Of a DNA stretch of 64,000 bases, positions 39,896 to 48,043 are shown in pieces. The notes beneath the pieces were generated by a model that did no database searches, was not told where the DNA came from, and worked only from the letters and a program-made list of their open reading frames with translations. The DNA lies in NCBI GenBank assembly GCA_035516035.1, contig DATJAS010000006.1:8522-72521 (forward strand), given 5' to 3'. Position 1 is the first letter of the stretch. Each line of letters starts with the position of its first letter. This DNA comes from Bacteroidota bacterium (GTDB lineage: Bacteria > Bacteroidota > Ignavibacteria > UBA10030 > UBA6906). A program made the position numbers and the translations under genes.

Positions 39896-40746
39896 TGACG
39901 GGCCAGGGAGCATACCCCGACGAGGGCGCCGCCGCGGGGCACGCTGAGCTCGCGGGAGATTTCCACGACGCGATGGCCGCATCGTACGACCGGACGTTCG
40001 GGCGCCCGGGGCCGGGCGCGCGGATCCGCGCGCGCGTCCAGGAGGCGCTCTTCGCCGCCTTCCGTCCCGGGGAGCGCGTGCTCGAACTGAACTGCGGCAC
40101 GGGCACGGACGCCGTTGCACTTGCACTGCGCGGCATTCGCGTGACCGCCACGGATATCTCCCCCGCCATGGTCGCCGAGGCGCGTGCAAAGGCGCGCCGC
40201 AGCGGGGTGGAGGATCTCGTCAGCACTGCCGTCATGGACGCGGCAGACCCCGGCGCCCCCGACGGGCGGCTCTTTGACGGTGCGTTTTCAAATTTCGACG
40301 GGCTCAACGAGCTCGGGAACATCGCCGCGTTCGCCGGCCGCATCGGCGGTCACCTCGCCCCCGGCGCCCCCCTCCTGTGCATGGTGCTCAACCCCGTCTG
40401 CCTCTGGGAGGTCGCCTATTTCGCTGCAACGCTACGCCCCCGGCGCGCGCTCAGGAGGATTCTGGCCAGGGGTGAAGAGCTGGCTCCCCTGCACGCCGCT
40501 GCCCCCCTGAAGCTCTACTCCCCCGGCCGATTTGCGTCGTATTTCAGGCGCGATTTCACCGTTGCGGCAGTACGGCGCTTCGGCCTCCTCCTCCCTCCTG
40601 CCGGTTTCGGCAGGCTCTACGCCACGCGCGCATCACTCATGAGGAGGCTTGAGCCCTGGGACGAGGGGATCGCCCGCCTGTTCCCGCTCCGCTACCTGTG
40701 CGACCACTACCTGATCACGCTGCGCAGGCGGGGAGCCCTCAGGTGA
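39895..40746 (+). CDS. Class I SAM-dependent methyltransferase
   Basis: Motif I VLELNCGTGTDAVALA followed by an acidic loop (TATDISPAM). TGATG overlap at 39893-39897. Confidence 0.8.
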   Translation: MTGQGAYPDEGAAAGHAELAGDFHDAMAASYDRTFGRPGPGARIRARVQEALFAAFRPGERVLELNCGTGTDAVALALRGIRVTATDISPAMVAEARAKARRSGVEDLVSTAVMDAADPGAPDGRLFDGAFSNFDGLNELGNIAAFAGRIGGHLAPGAPLLCMVLNPVCLWEVAYFAATLRPRRALRRILARGEELAPLHAAAPLKLYSPGRFASYFRRDFTVAAVRRFGLLLPPAGFGRLYATRASLMRRLEPWDEGIARLFPLRYLCDHYLITLRRRGALR

Positions 40747-41477
40747 GCACGGGGGCCACAGCGGGCGCTCCGGGAGCGGTGAGGGGGAGACTCTGCGCGG
40801 GGCTGCTACGGCGCGCAAGCCACCGCCTGGCGCTCCGGCTTTACGTCCGCCGCGCGATGTCGCGTGAGGACCGCTTCAGGATGCTCGGCTTCGCACTCAG
40901 CGTACAACCGACGGTATTCCACCCCCGGCTCTTCGGCACGAGCAGGTTTTTCGGGAGATATCTCCGCACGCGTGATCTCCACCATGCGGAGATCCTCGAG
41001 ATCGGCTGCGGCTCTGGCATCCTGTCCTTCGTCGCCGCCCGGAGAGGGGCGCGCGTGACGGCACTGGACATCAATCCCCGGGCCGTCCGCTGCACCGAGG
41101 CGAACGCCCGCTCGAACGGGCTTGAGGCGCGCGTCAACGTGCTCGAGAGCGACCTGTTCGACTCGCTCTCAGCCGGCCGCGCGTTCGACCACATCGTGTG
41201 GAATCCCCCGTTCTACGGTGCCGAACAGACAGACGACGCAAGCCGTGCCTGGAACGCGGGACCCGCATACGGAGTGATCAACCGGTTCGCACGCTCCGCG
41301 TGCCGCTTCCTCCGCCCCGGGGGATCGGTCATCCTCGTGACCTCCTCGGACGCGGGCGAACGTGAGATTCTCTCGGCCATGGCGCGCGAGGGATTTGCAG
41401 CGTTGCTCCGCGCGCGCCGGAGGGGGCTCTTCGAAACGCTCAGCATATTCGAATTCAGGGGAGCGGCACGGGAATGA
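40743..41477 (+). CDS. HemK/MTS-type methyltransferase with NPPF amino-methyltransferase motif
   Basis: ILEIGCGSGILS (motif I) and IVWNPPFY (motif IV of N-directed methyltransferases). Likely start is GTG 40743 (GTGA overlap); the alternative is ATG 40857. Confidence 0.75.
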   Translation: MSTGATAGAPGAVRGRLCAGLLRRASHRLALRLYVRRAMSREDRFRMLGFALSVQPTVFHPRLFGTSRFFGRYLRTRDLHHAEILEIGCGSGILSFVAARRGARVTALDINPRAVRCTEANARSNGLEARVNVLESDLFDSLSAGRAFDHIVWNPPFYGAEQTDDASRAWNAGPAYGVINRFARSACRFLRPGGSVILVTSSDAGEREILSAMAREGFAALLRARRRGLFETLSIFEFRGAARE

Positions 41478-42505
41478 GCGTCGGGGCCTTCCTCAACACG
41501 CTCGGCACGCGCTGCCACGCGCTTCCCGTCGTCATACTCTACGTGACCGAAGGGTGCAACCTGAAATGCATTTCCTGTTCGTACCGCGCCGCCCCTGAAG
41601 GGGAACTGACGCTGGGTGAGATCGCCGCGCTCGGCCGTTCTCTCCGCGAGGCGGGCCTCCGGCATATCGTCTATTCGGGGGGAGAACCCCTCACGCGGCG
41701 CGATTTCCCCGACATCTGCGCGCTCTTCGCGGCGCCGGCGGAGCGGAGCACGCTCCTCACGAACGGCCTCCTCCTGGAGAAGCGGTTCGCGGAAATCTCC
41801 CCGTTCCTGGACGAATTCATCGTATCGCTCGACGGCGCCGACGCAGCAACGCACGACGCGATCAGGGGGATCGCCTCGTACGATCTGATCGTGCGGGGGC
41901 TCCGCCGCGTTGCTGATGCGGGAAGGGGAAAAGACGTCGCCATCCGCACGGTCGTGCAGAAGCGGAATTTCCGATCGCTCCCCGCGATGGTCTCCGCCGC
42001 ACGGGAGATCGGTGCGGGGAGGATCTCGTTCCTGGCCGCCGACGTCCGATCATCGGGGTTCGGACGGCTTGAACGGGGGGAGGCCGCCCCCGCCGGGCAG
42101 TTGACGCTCGACCCGGAGGAATCTGCCGAGCTCCGCCGCATCGTCGAGCGCATGGCGGTCGAGTTTGCAGCGGAGTTCGAGACCCGGTTCATCGACCAGT
42201 CCCCTTCACGGATGCTCGACATCGCTTCCTACTACGAAGCGCTGAACGGGTCCCGCCCGTTCCCTCCCACTTCCTGCAATGCCCCGATGGTCTCCACGGT
42301 CATCACATCCCGCGGAGACGTTCTCCCCTGCTACTTCCTCCCCCCTCTCGGCAACGTGCGCAGGGAGACGCTCGGCGCACTCCTTGGCGGGGAGGCCGCC
42401 AGGAGGACCAGGCGCGACGTCCGCTCGCGCAGGCAGCCGGAGTGCGCGACGTGCGTCTGCACGCTCCGGGTCGGACCCGCACAGGCGCTCGCCGGTCGGT
42501 TCTGA
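41474..42505 (+). CDS. Radical SAM enzyme with SPASM/twitch-like C-terminal Cys domain
   Basis: YVTEGCNLKCISCSY (CxxxCxxC). The C-terminus has C-x12-G-x4-C (CNAPMVSTVITSRGDVLPC) and CATCVC. ATGA overlap at 41474-41477. Confidence 0.8.
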   Translation: MSVGAFLNTLGTRCHALPVVILYVTEGCNLKCISCSYRAAPEGELTLGEIAALGRSLREAGLRHIVYSGGEPLTRRDFPDICALFAAPAERSTLLTNGLLLEKRFAEISPFLDEFIVSLDGADAATHDAIRGIASYDLIVRGLRRVADAGRGKDVAIRTVVQKRNFRSLPAMVSAAREIGAGRISFLAADVRSSGFGRLERGEAAPAGQLTLDPEESAELRRIVERMAVEFAAEFETRFIDQSPSRMLDIASYYEALNGSRPFPPTSCNAPMVSTVITSRGDVLPCYFLPPLGNVRRETLGALLGGEAARRTRRDVRSRRQPECATCVCTLRVGPAQALAGRF

Positions 42506-42509
42506 CTCC

Positions 42510-42526
42510 GCGGGTCGGTTTCCCGC
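42510..42526 (+). terminator. Weak hairpin after the operon's last gene
   Basis: GCGGG-tcggttt-CCCGC lies 5 nt after the stop at 42505. It has only 5 bp and no clear T tract. Confidence 0.25.
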
Positions 42527-42530
42527 ACTG

Positions 42531-42559
42531 TTGATTGTCCCCCCCGTTTTCGGTAGTTT
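42531..42559 (+). promoter_or_regulatory. Candidate promoter (TTGATT-N17-TAGTTT) for tdk
   Basis: Hexamers at 42531-42536 and 42554-42559, about 28 nt upstream of ATG 42587. Confidence 0.35.
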
Positions 42560-42586
42560 AGGGATTCACCAGCGAATTCCGCACAC

Positions 42587-43162
42587 ATGACAGCCCCCAC
42601 CGCACACGATTCCCCCCTGAACACCGGCTGGATCGAAGTCATCGCCGGCTGCATGTTCAGCGGGAAAACCGAAGAACTGATCCGCCGCATCCGCAGGGCA
42701 CAGATCGCCCGCCAGCGGGTCGCGATATTCAAGCCGCGCATCGACAACCGCTACAGCACGGACCACATCGTCTCGCACAGCGAGGCGCGCATTGAATCCG
42801 TGAGCGTCGAGAGCTCAGCGGAGATCCTCCGGCTCTCGGCCGACGCATTCGTCATCGGGATCGACGAGGGGCAGTTTTTCGACATGGGACTCGTCGACGT
42901 CGCGGAAGAGCTCGCCAACCGGGGACGCCGCGTGATCATCGCCGGGCTGGACCAGGACTTCAGGGGCAAGCCCTTCGAGCCGATCCCGCAGCTCCTCGCC
43001 GTCGCCGAGTACATCACCAAGACGCTCGCCATCTGCGTCGTCTGCGGGAACCCCGCCGACAGGACGCAGAGGACCACCCCTTCGAGCGAGCGCGTCCTCG
43101 TCGGCGCGACCGACTCCTACGAGGCGCGGTGCAGGCGCTGCTTCCAGCCGCCGAAACAGTAG
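42587..43162 (+). CDS. tdk: Thymidine kinase
   Basis: P-loop [20 protein letters not shown], and a C-terminal zinc ribbon (CVVCG ... ARCRRC). Confidence 0.9.
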   Translation: MTAPTAHDSPLNTGWIEVIAGCMFSGKTEELIRRIRRAQIARQRVAIFKPRIDNRYSTDHIVSHSEARIESVSVESSAEILRLSADAFVIGIDEGQFFDMGLVDVAEELANRGRRVIIAGLDQDFRGKPFEPIPQLLAVAEYITKTLAICVVCGNPADRTQRTTPSSERVLVGATDSYEARCRRCFQPPKQ

Positions 43163-43170
43163 GCTCGTTC

Positions 43171-44019
43171 ATGGGCGGGACGCCGGGCATAGAGTCGCTC
43201 CTGGGCCGGATACCGTACGAAGAGGCCGCGGCGTACGTGCGGGGGCGGATCCCCTCGCCTCCCGGGATCGCGCTCGTCCTCGGCTCCGGCCTCGGCGACT
43301 ATTCCCCCCTCGAGGGGGGGCTCACGTTTCGCGCGGGGGAAATCCCCTCATATCCCCGTTCGACGGTGAGCGGCCACCGGGGGGAGGCCGTCTTCGCGCG
43401 TATCGCCGGGAGCGACGTCCTCGCGTTCCGCGGCAGAATCCATCTCTACGAGTGCAACGACGCCGCCACGGTCCTCTTCCCCGTCGCGCTCGCGCGGGCG
43501 CTCGGCGCCCGGGTGATGATCGTGACGAACGCCGCGGGGGGCATCAACAGGCAGTTCGTCCCGGGGGACCTCATGCTGATCACCGATCAGATCGACATGA
43601 CGCTCCACGGGGAGTGGATCCCGGCGGAGCGCACTGGGCCCCGGCGCACGTATGACGCGGCGCTCTGCGCGCTGGCCATGGAGGCAGCCCTCCGGCTGGG
43701 GGTGCCGCTCAGGCGGGGGGTCTACGCCTCCGTCAAGGGGCCATCATACGAGACGGCCGCGGAGGTGGAAATGCTCCGCCGCCTCGGGGGGGACGCCGTC
43801 GGGATGTCGACGGTAAAGGAGGCGTCGCTCGCCGCCTCGCTCGGCATGCGCGTCATGGGCATCTCCTGCATCACGAATAAGGCGGCGGGAACGGGGGGAG
43901 GAAAACTCGACCACAGCGAGGTGACCGTGGTCGCCTCCACCGTGAAGGCGCGCTTCGCGGATCTCCTCACCGAGTGCATTGCGGGCCTCGGCGCTCAGGC
44001 GCGGGGGAACAACCTGTAG
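43171..44019 (+). CDS. Purine nucleoside phosphorylase (PNP/MTAP family, PunA-like)
   Basis: LGSGLG, GHRGE..F, TNAAGG, GPSYETAAE..MLR.LGGDAVGMST. Start moved to ATG 43171. Confidence 0.85.
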   Translation: MGGTPGIESLLGRIPYEEAAAYVRGRIPSPPGIALVLGSGLGDYSPLEGGLTFRAGEIPSYPRSTVSGHRGEAVFARIAGSDVLAFRGRIHLYECNDAATVLFPVALARALGARVMIVTNAAGGINRQFVPGDLMLITDQIDMTLHGEWIPAERTGPRRTYDAALCALAMEAALRLGVPLRRGVYASVKGPSYETAAEVEMLRRLGGDAVGMSTVKEASLAASLGMRVMGISCITNKAAGTGGGKLDHSEVTVVASTVKARFADLLTECIAGLGAQARGNNL

Positions 44020-44462
44020 AGCATCAGGTAGACGAGCACGCCCGTCACGGAGACGTAGAGCCAGACGGGAAGCGTCCACCGGGCGATCTTCCTGTGCAGC
44101 GCGAATTTCCGCTTCAACCCCCGGGCGAGCGTGATGATCGCCAGGGGGGGAACCGACGCAGCCAGCACCGTGTGCGTGGCGAGTATCACGAAGTAGACCG
44201 CGCGCACGGGCCCCCCACCGCCGAACCTCACGGTACCGACCAACGCATGATAGAGAACATAGGATGAGAGGAAGAGCGTCGAGCAGGCGACCGCGGCGAT
44301 CATGCACGTCCTGTGCGCCCTGACGCGCCTCTGCCTGATGAAGTAATAGCCCGCCAGGAGGCAGAGCGCGCTTGAGGCGTTCAGTATGGCGTTCAGGAGC
44401 GGGAGATCGCCGATCGACACGGCCCCCTCACGAGCCGAGGAACCGGTCGACGGCCATTGCAA
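43995..44462 (-). CDS. DUF420 membrane protein (often linked to haem-copper oxidase clusters)
   Basis: LPLLNAILNASSALCLLAGYYFIR.R....H with four TM helices. It overlaps the ctaB stop, and its 3' end overlaps the convergent PNP gene by 25 nt. Confidence 0.7.
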   Translation of the reverse strand: MQWPSTGSSAREGAVSIGDLPLLNAILNASSALCLLAGYYFIRQRRVRAHRTCMIAAVACSTLFLSSYVLYHALVGTVRFGGGGPVRAVYFVILATHTVLAASVPPLAIITLARGLKRKFALHRKIARWTLPVWLYVSVTGVLVYLMLYRLFPRA

Positions 44463-45333
44463 TCATCAACAGGGGAAGGTAGACGAGCGAGGCGATGAAG
44501 AGGCGCCGGGCCGCCGGACCGGTCCTCTGCACGAGAAGCATCGCCGCGCATCCTGCGAAGACTCCCCCGAGAACGAGAGCAGACAGGGCGTAGACCGGGC
44601 CCGCTTCCCCGAGCGCCGCAAGGAGGAGCGAGACGGGAACGAGCGCGACGGCGTATGACAGCGACTGGACTCCCGTCTTCTTCCCGTCGGCGTCCGTCAC
44701 GGCGAGGAGACGGTATCCCCCTTTCGCATAGTCGTTCCTGTAGATCCAGGCAAGCGAGAGGAAGTGGGGCATCTGCCAGAGGAAGAGTATCCCGAACAGG
44801 ACAAAGGCCCCCGCACCCGGGACCCCTGCGGCCGCCGTCCAGCCCATCACGGGGGGGATGGCTCCCGGAAACGCGCCGATGAGCGTCGCCATGGGCGTCA
44901 GGCGCTTGAGCGGCGTGTAGAGGAGGAGATACGTCGCGCACGTCACTGCGGCCAGCGAAGCCGTCACCGCGTTGAGCCTGGTCGCCAGGAGGAGGAGTCC
45001 CCCCGCCACGAGCAGAATCCCGAATATGACCGCCTCGGCAAGTCCGATCCGTCCCGAGGGGAGCGGCCGCTGCTCCGTGCGCTTCATGAGCGCGTCGAAC
45101 TTCCGCTCCATCGCCTGGTTCAGCGCCCCCGAGCCTCCTCCCACCATCGCGGTCCCGAGCGCGAGCGCGAGAGCCCCCGCAGCATGGGGAGTCCCCGCGG
45201 AGCCGAGCATGTATCCCGCGAGCGACGTCAGCACCGAGAGGAACGTCAGCTCCGGTTTCGTGAGCGCGAGGTAATCGGCCACCCGCGTGCGCTCCAGTGC
45301 GAGCGCCCCGGGGGGCGTGAGGTGCGTGCTCAT
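44428..45333 (-). CDS. ctaB: Protohaem IX farnesyltransferase (haem O synthase)
   Basis: YLALTKPELTFLSVLTSLAGY, NQAMERKFDALMKRTEQRPLPSGR, and WQMPHFLSLAW. Start at ATG 45333 (ATGA overlap). The track's 551-aa form is an artefactual extension. Confidence 0.9.
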   Translation of the reverse strand: MSTHLTPPGALALERTRVADYLALTKPELTFLSVLTSLAGYMLGSAGTPHAAGALALALGTAMVGGGSGALNQAMERKFDALMKRTEQRPLPSGRIGLAEAVIFGILLVAGGLLLLATRLNAVTASLAAVTCATYLLLYTPLKRLTPMATLIGAFPGAIPPVMGWTAAAGVPGAGAFVLFGILFLWQMPHFLSLAWIYRNDYAKGGYRLLAVTDADGKKTGVQSLSYAVALVPVSLLLAALGEAGPVYALSALVLGGVFAGCAAMLLVQRTGPAARRLFIASLVYLPLLMIAMAVDRFLGS

Positions 45334-46346
45334 GGGCGTGCAGGCTCCGCGATCACATTCCCGGTACCGAGCCTCTCCCGAGCCGGCGCGAGGCCGAGTG
45401 CGCGCGCCGCAAGGAGGACGCAGCTCCCCAGGAGCAGCGCGCCGGTCGCCACGTGGGCGGTCGCGACCTGGACCCCCTTCCCCGTCCAGACCGTGAGCGC
45501 GCCGAGGAGAATCTGCACCAGGACCAGCATGACCTCGACGATCGCCGGTTCCCGCAGACTCCGCTCGGAGCGGTACGTCCTCAGGATGTGCACGCCGCAG
45601 GCGATCACCGCGGCTCCCGCCAGGAGCGCGCCGAGCCGGTGCGCGAAGTGGATCCAGATCTGCGCGGCGCTCACCGGCGGCAGATCGTAATCCGTGCTCC
45701 GTTCCATGTTGACCCGGGCGAGCCCATCGGCGTCCGCCGGGGGGAGGAGCGCCCCGTATGTGAGGGGGAAATCCGGGATTGCAAGGCCCGCATCGCTGTG
45801 GCGCATCCAGGCGCCGATGACGAGCTGGAGAAAGACGGCAGCCGCAGCGGCGAGGGCAAGCGCACGCGTCAGAGGCGCGACAGGGACCGGGAGCGCGGAA
45901 CGCTCGAGCCACGTGCGCGACGTCACCAGTGCGATCAGTATCGTGAGAGAAAAGAAGGACTGTGCGAGCGTCGCGTGCGCGACGGAAACCGGCGTCGGCA
46001 GCAGGTAGAGCACCGTCAGTCCCCCCAGCACCCCCTGGAGGATCACCGCCAGGAGCGCCGCCAGGGCGAGAAACCGGACCCACCGCCGCTCTTCCCGCCG
46101 CCAGGTCCAGGCGCAGAGGACGACCGTCAGGCAGCCGACGAGCGTCGCGACCATCCTGTGTCCGTGCTCGTAGAGAATCCCCCCCACCATCGGCGGCATC
46201 ACCTGCCCGTACGAGAGGGGCCAGTCGGGAACGGCGAGCCCGGAACCCGTGCTCGTCACCAGTCCCCCGGCGATCACCAGGAGGAATGTCGCGCAGGCGG
46301 TCGCCACGGCGAAGCGGTGAAGTCCCCTGTGGTACGTGCCGGTCAT
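45330..46346 (-). CDS. ctaA: Haem A synthase (COX15/CtaA family)
   Basis: [28 protein letters not shown], and a second-half repeat with HFAHRLGA. Start at ATG 46346 (ATGA overlap with the coxB stop). Confidence 0.8.
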   Translation of the reverse strand: MTGTYHRGLHRFAVATACATFLLVIAGGLVTSTGSGLAVPDWPLSYGQVMPPMVGGILYEHGHRMVATLVGCLTVVLCAWTWRREERRWVRFLALAALLAVILQGVLGGLTVLYLLPTPVSVAHATLAQSFFSLTILIALVTSRTWLERSALPVPVAPLTRALALAAAAAVFLQLVIGAWMRHSDAGLAIPDFPLTYGALLPPADADGLARVNMERSTDYDLPPVSAAQIWIHFAHRLGALLAGAAVIACGVHILRTYRSERSLREPAIVEVMLVLVQILLGALTVWTGKGVQVATAHVATGALLLGSCVLLAARALGLAPARERLGTGNVIAEPARP

Positions 46347-47290
46347 TGTGTGAGCTGTGCCTCCTGGTCCGCGACCCATGCCCTGTACTCCTCGGGCGTC
46401 TGGACCGTCACGAAGCCCCGCATCCGGTAGTGCCCGAGCCCGCAGAGCTGCGCGCAGGCGATCTCCGTCGGCGTGTCGGGGCCCAGCACGACTTCGCTCA
46501 CGCCGGCGCCCTTGAGCGCCGGGAAGAGATCGTCGGTGAGCGGCGATCCCTTCGCCAGGATCGTCTGACCGTCCTTCCCCGCGTAATCCGCCAGCGCCAC
46601 GAACGTCGCGCACTCATCCGGCACATGCCCGGAGGCCACCGGGATTGCGCGCGCCAGCGCGTGCTGCACATCGGCGGTCGTCGCCGTCGGCGTGAACCAG
46701 ACGCGGATCGACTGGCCGGGGACCGCGTCCTGTTTCACGCGGAAGAGGGGGAGATTGAAGCTGTGTATCACGTCCTTGGAGCTGAGATGAATGACGACCG
46801 GCTTCCCCACCGGCAGATTGAGCTGGTTGATCGTCACGATGTCGTCCTTCGCCGCCGGATCGTTCCTGTCAAGTCCCAGCGGATTCTCGGGCGTGATCAG
46901 TGCGATATCCGTCCTGCCGAACACGCCGTCCGGCCCGGGGTAGTGCACGTTCCAGGCGAATTGCTCCGCAACGATCCGGACGACCGTGGCGTCCGACTCC
47001 GGCGGGATATCATTGACGCGCATCGACCAGAGGGGGATCGCGAACCCGATCAGGAGAACGGCCTCGACGACCGCCACGACCGCCTCGAGATAGCTGGAGG
47101 CGTGCGTCCGCACGCCGTGGTAGTCGGCTGCCCGGTTGCGCGAGCCCCGGAAGCGGAAGAGGACGTAGACAAAGTACGTCCCCCAGCCCGCGAAGAGCAC
47201 GAGCATCAGCCAGTGGACGAGTATGATGATCCTGTCCACCAGCGGTCCCTGCGCCGAGGCGTCGAACGGAAGTCCCAGGAACTCACCCAT
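46343..47290 (-). CDS. coxB: Cytochrome c oxidase subunit II (CuA), no fused cytochrome c domain
   Basis: Two N-terminal TM helices, DVIHSFNLP, and the CuA loop [12 protein letters not shown]. Confidence 0.85.
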   Translation of the reverse strand: MGEFLGLPFDASAQGPLVDRIIILVHWLMLVLFAGWGTYFVYVLFRFRGSRNRAADYHGVRTHASSYLEAVVAVVEAVLLIGFAIPLWSMRVNDIPPESDATVVRIVAEQFAWNVHYPGPDGVFGRTDIALITPENPLGLDRNDPAAKDDIVTINQLNLPVGKPVVIHLSSKDVIHSFNLPLFRVKQDAVPGQSIRVWFTPTATTADVQHALARAIPVASGHVPDECATFVALADYAGKDGQTILAKGSPLTDDLFPALKGAGVSEVVLGPDTPTEIACAQLCGLGHYRMRGFVTVQTPEEYRAWVADQEAQLTQ

Positions 47291-47531
47291 GCGCGGCGGT
47301 CTCCTTTCCGGCGAGGAGCCGGGCTCTCCTGCGCAGACGGAGGAACATCGTTCCGAATGCCGCGAGCACGCCCCCGGTCACCCCGAGGAGGCTGATGATC
47401 GCCGCGGTCATCCCCTGCGTCGCGGAAGACCCCGGCTCGCCGTAGCAGACCGGGCAGGCCGCGGCGCCCGACGCCCAGGCACACAGGAGGAGGGCCAGGA
47501 GCGGCGCCCGGCGGAGCAGTTGCGGAGTCAT
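47283..47531 (-). CDS. Small secreted/anchored CxxC protein (82 aa) inside the oxidase cluster
   Basis: Translation is [36 protein letters not shown]...: a signal peptide, CPVC, then one TM helix and a basic tail. It overlaps both neighbours. Confidence 0.45.
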   Translation of the reverse strand: MTPQLLRRAPLLALLLCAWASGAAACPVCYGEPGSSATQGMTAAIISLLGVTGGVLAAFGTMFLRLRRRARLLAGKETAAHG

Positions 47532-47734
47532 GGCGAATCGATCCCTTTCAGTTTTGAGCGAACCCTGATCCCGTACACGACCAGCGCAGCCGCCGCCGCG
47601 CACGCAGCCACGGCCGCGGCGAGCATGCCCGGCGATCCCCCGGCCACAAACGCATTGACGGACCAGGCCGCGACGCCCAGCGCCAGGAGCACGGAGCACG
47701 CCACGAAGATCAGGTGGAATGTCCTGAGCGACAC
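47528..47734 (-). CDS. Small two-TM membrane protein (68 aa) inside the oxidase cluster
   Basis: MSLRTFHLIFVACSVLLALGVAAWSV...AAAVAACAAAAALVVYGIRVRSKLK. Tightly packed between the CoxIV-like and CxxC ORFs. Confidence 0.4.
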   Translation of the reverse strand: MSLRTFHLIFVACSVLLALGVAAWSVNAFVAGGSPGMLAAAVAACAAAAALVVYGIRVRSKLKGIDSP

Positions 47735-47735
47735 G

Positions 47736-48035
47736 CTAGAGCCCCCGGTCGGCGAAGTGGGAGACCGGCAGGAACATCAGCGCCAGGAAGAAGATCGCCG
47801 TGAGTCCCAGCGCGGCGTAAATGAGCTTCTTTTCCGAGATCAGGTGCATGAAATACGCGGCCACGAGAGAACCTTTGACGGCGGCGATCGCGAGCGCGAC
47901 CGCGATCGCCAGCGGCGGGTCGAGGTGAAACGTCGAAATGGTGACCGTGATGATCGTGAGCGCCATGAGCGCGACGAAGACGGTCACGTACACGCGAACC
48001 TGTTTCCTGACGCTCCCGGCGTTGGCAGTGTCCAT
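47736..48035 (-). CDS. Cytochrome oxidase subunit IV-like protein (CyoD/QoxD/CtaF-like, 99 aa)
   Basis: Three TM helices and AAVKGSLVAAYFMHLISEKK. Start at ATG 48035 (MDTANAGSVRKQ). The track's 313-aa ORF is an artefactual extension across coxC. Confidence 0.6.
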   Translation of the reverse strand: MDTANAGSVRKQVRVYVTVFVALMALTIITVTISTFHLDPPLAIAVALAIAAVKGSLVAAYFMHLISEKKLIYAALGLTAIFFLALMFLPVSHFADRGL

Positions 48036-48043
48036 GCGGTCTC

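Noticed and set aside
30808-42505. Reading the ten-gene operon as a RiPP cluster (B12-rSAM + SPASM rSAM + N-methyltransferase + ABC exporter, polytheonamide-like)
   Set aside because: No precursor-peptide ORF fits. Every junction overlaps, and the flanking spacers (30738-30807, 42506-42586) hold no plausible small ORF. There is no leader peptidase or RRE-type gene. The two glycosyltransferases and the phosphoesterase point to a glycoconjugate. A distal precursor cannot be excluded without the whole genome.
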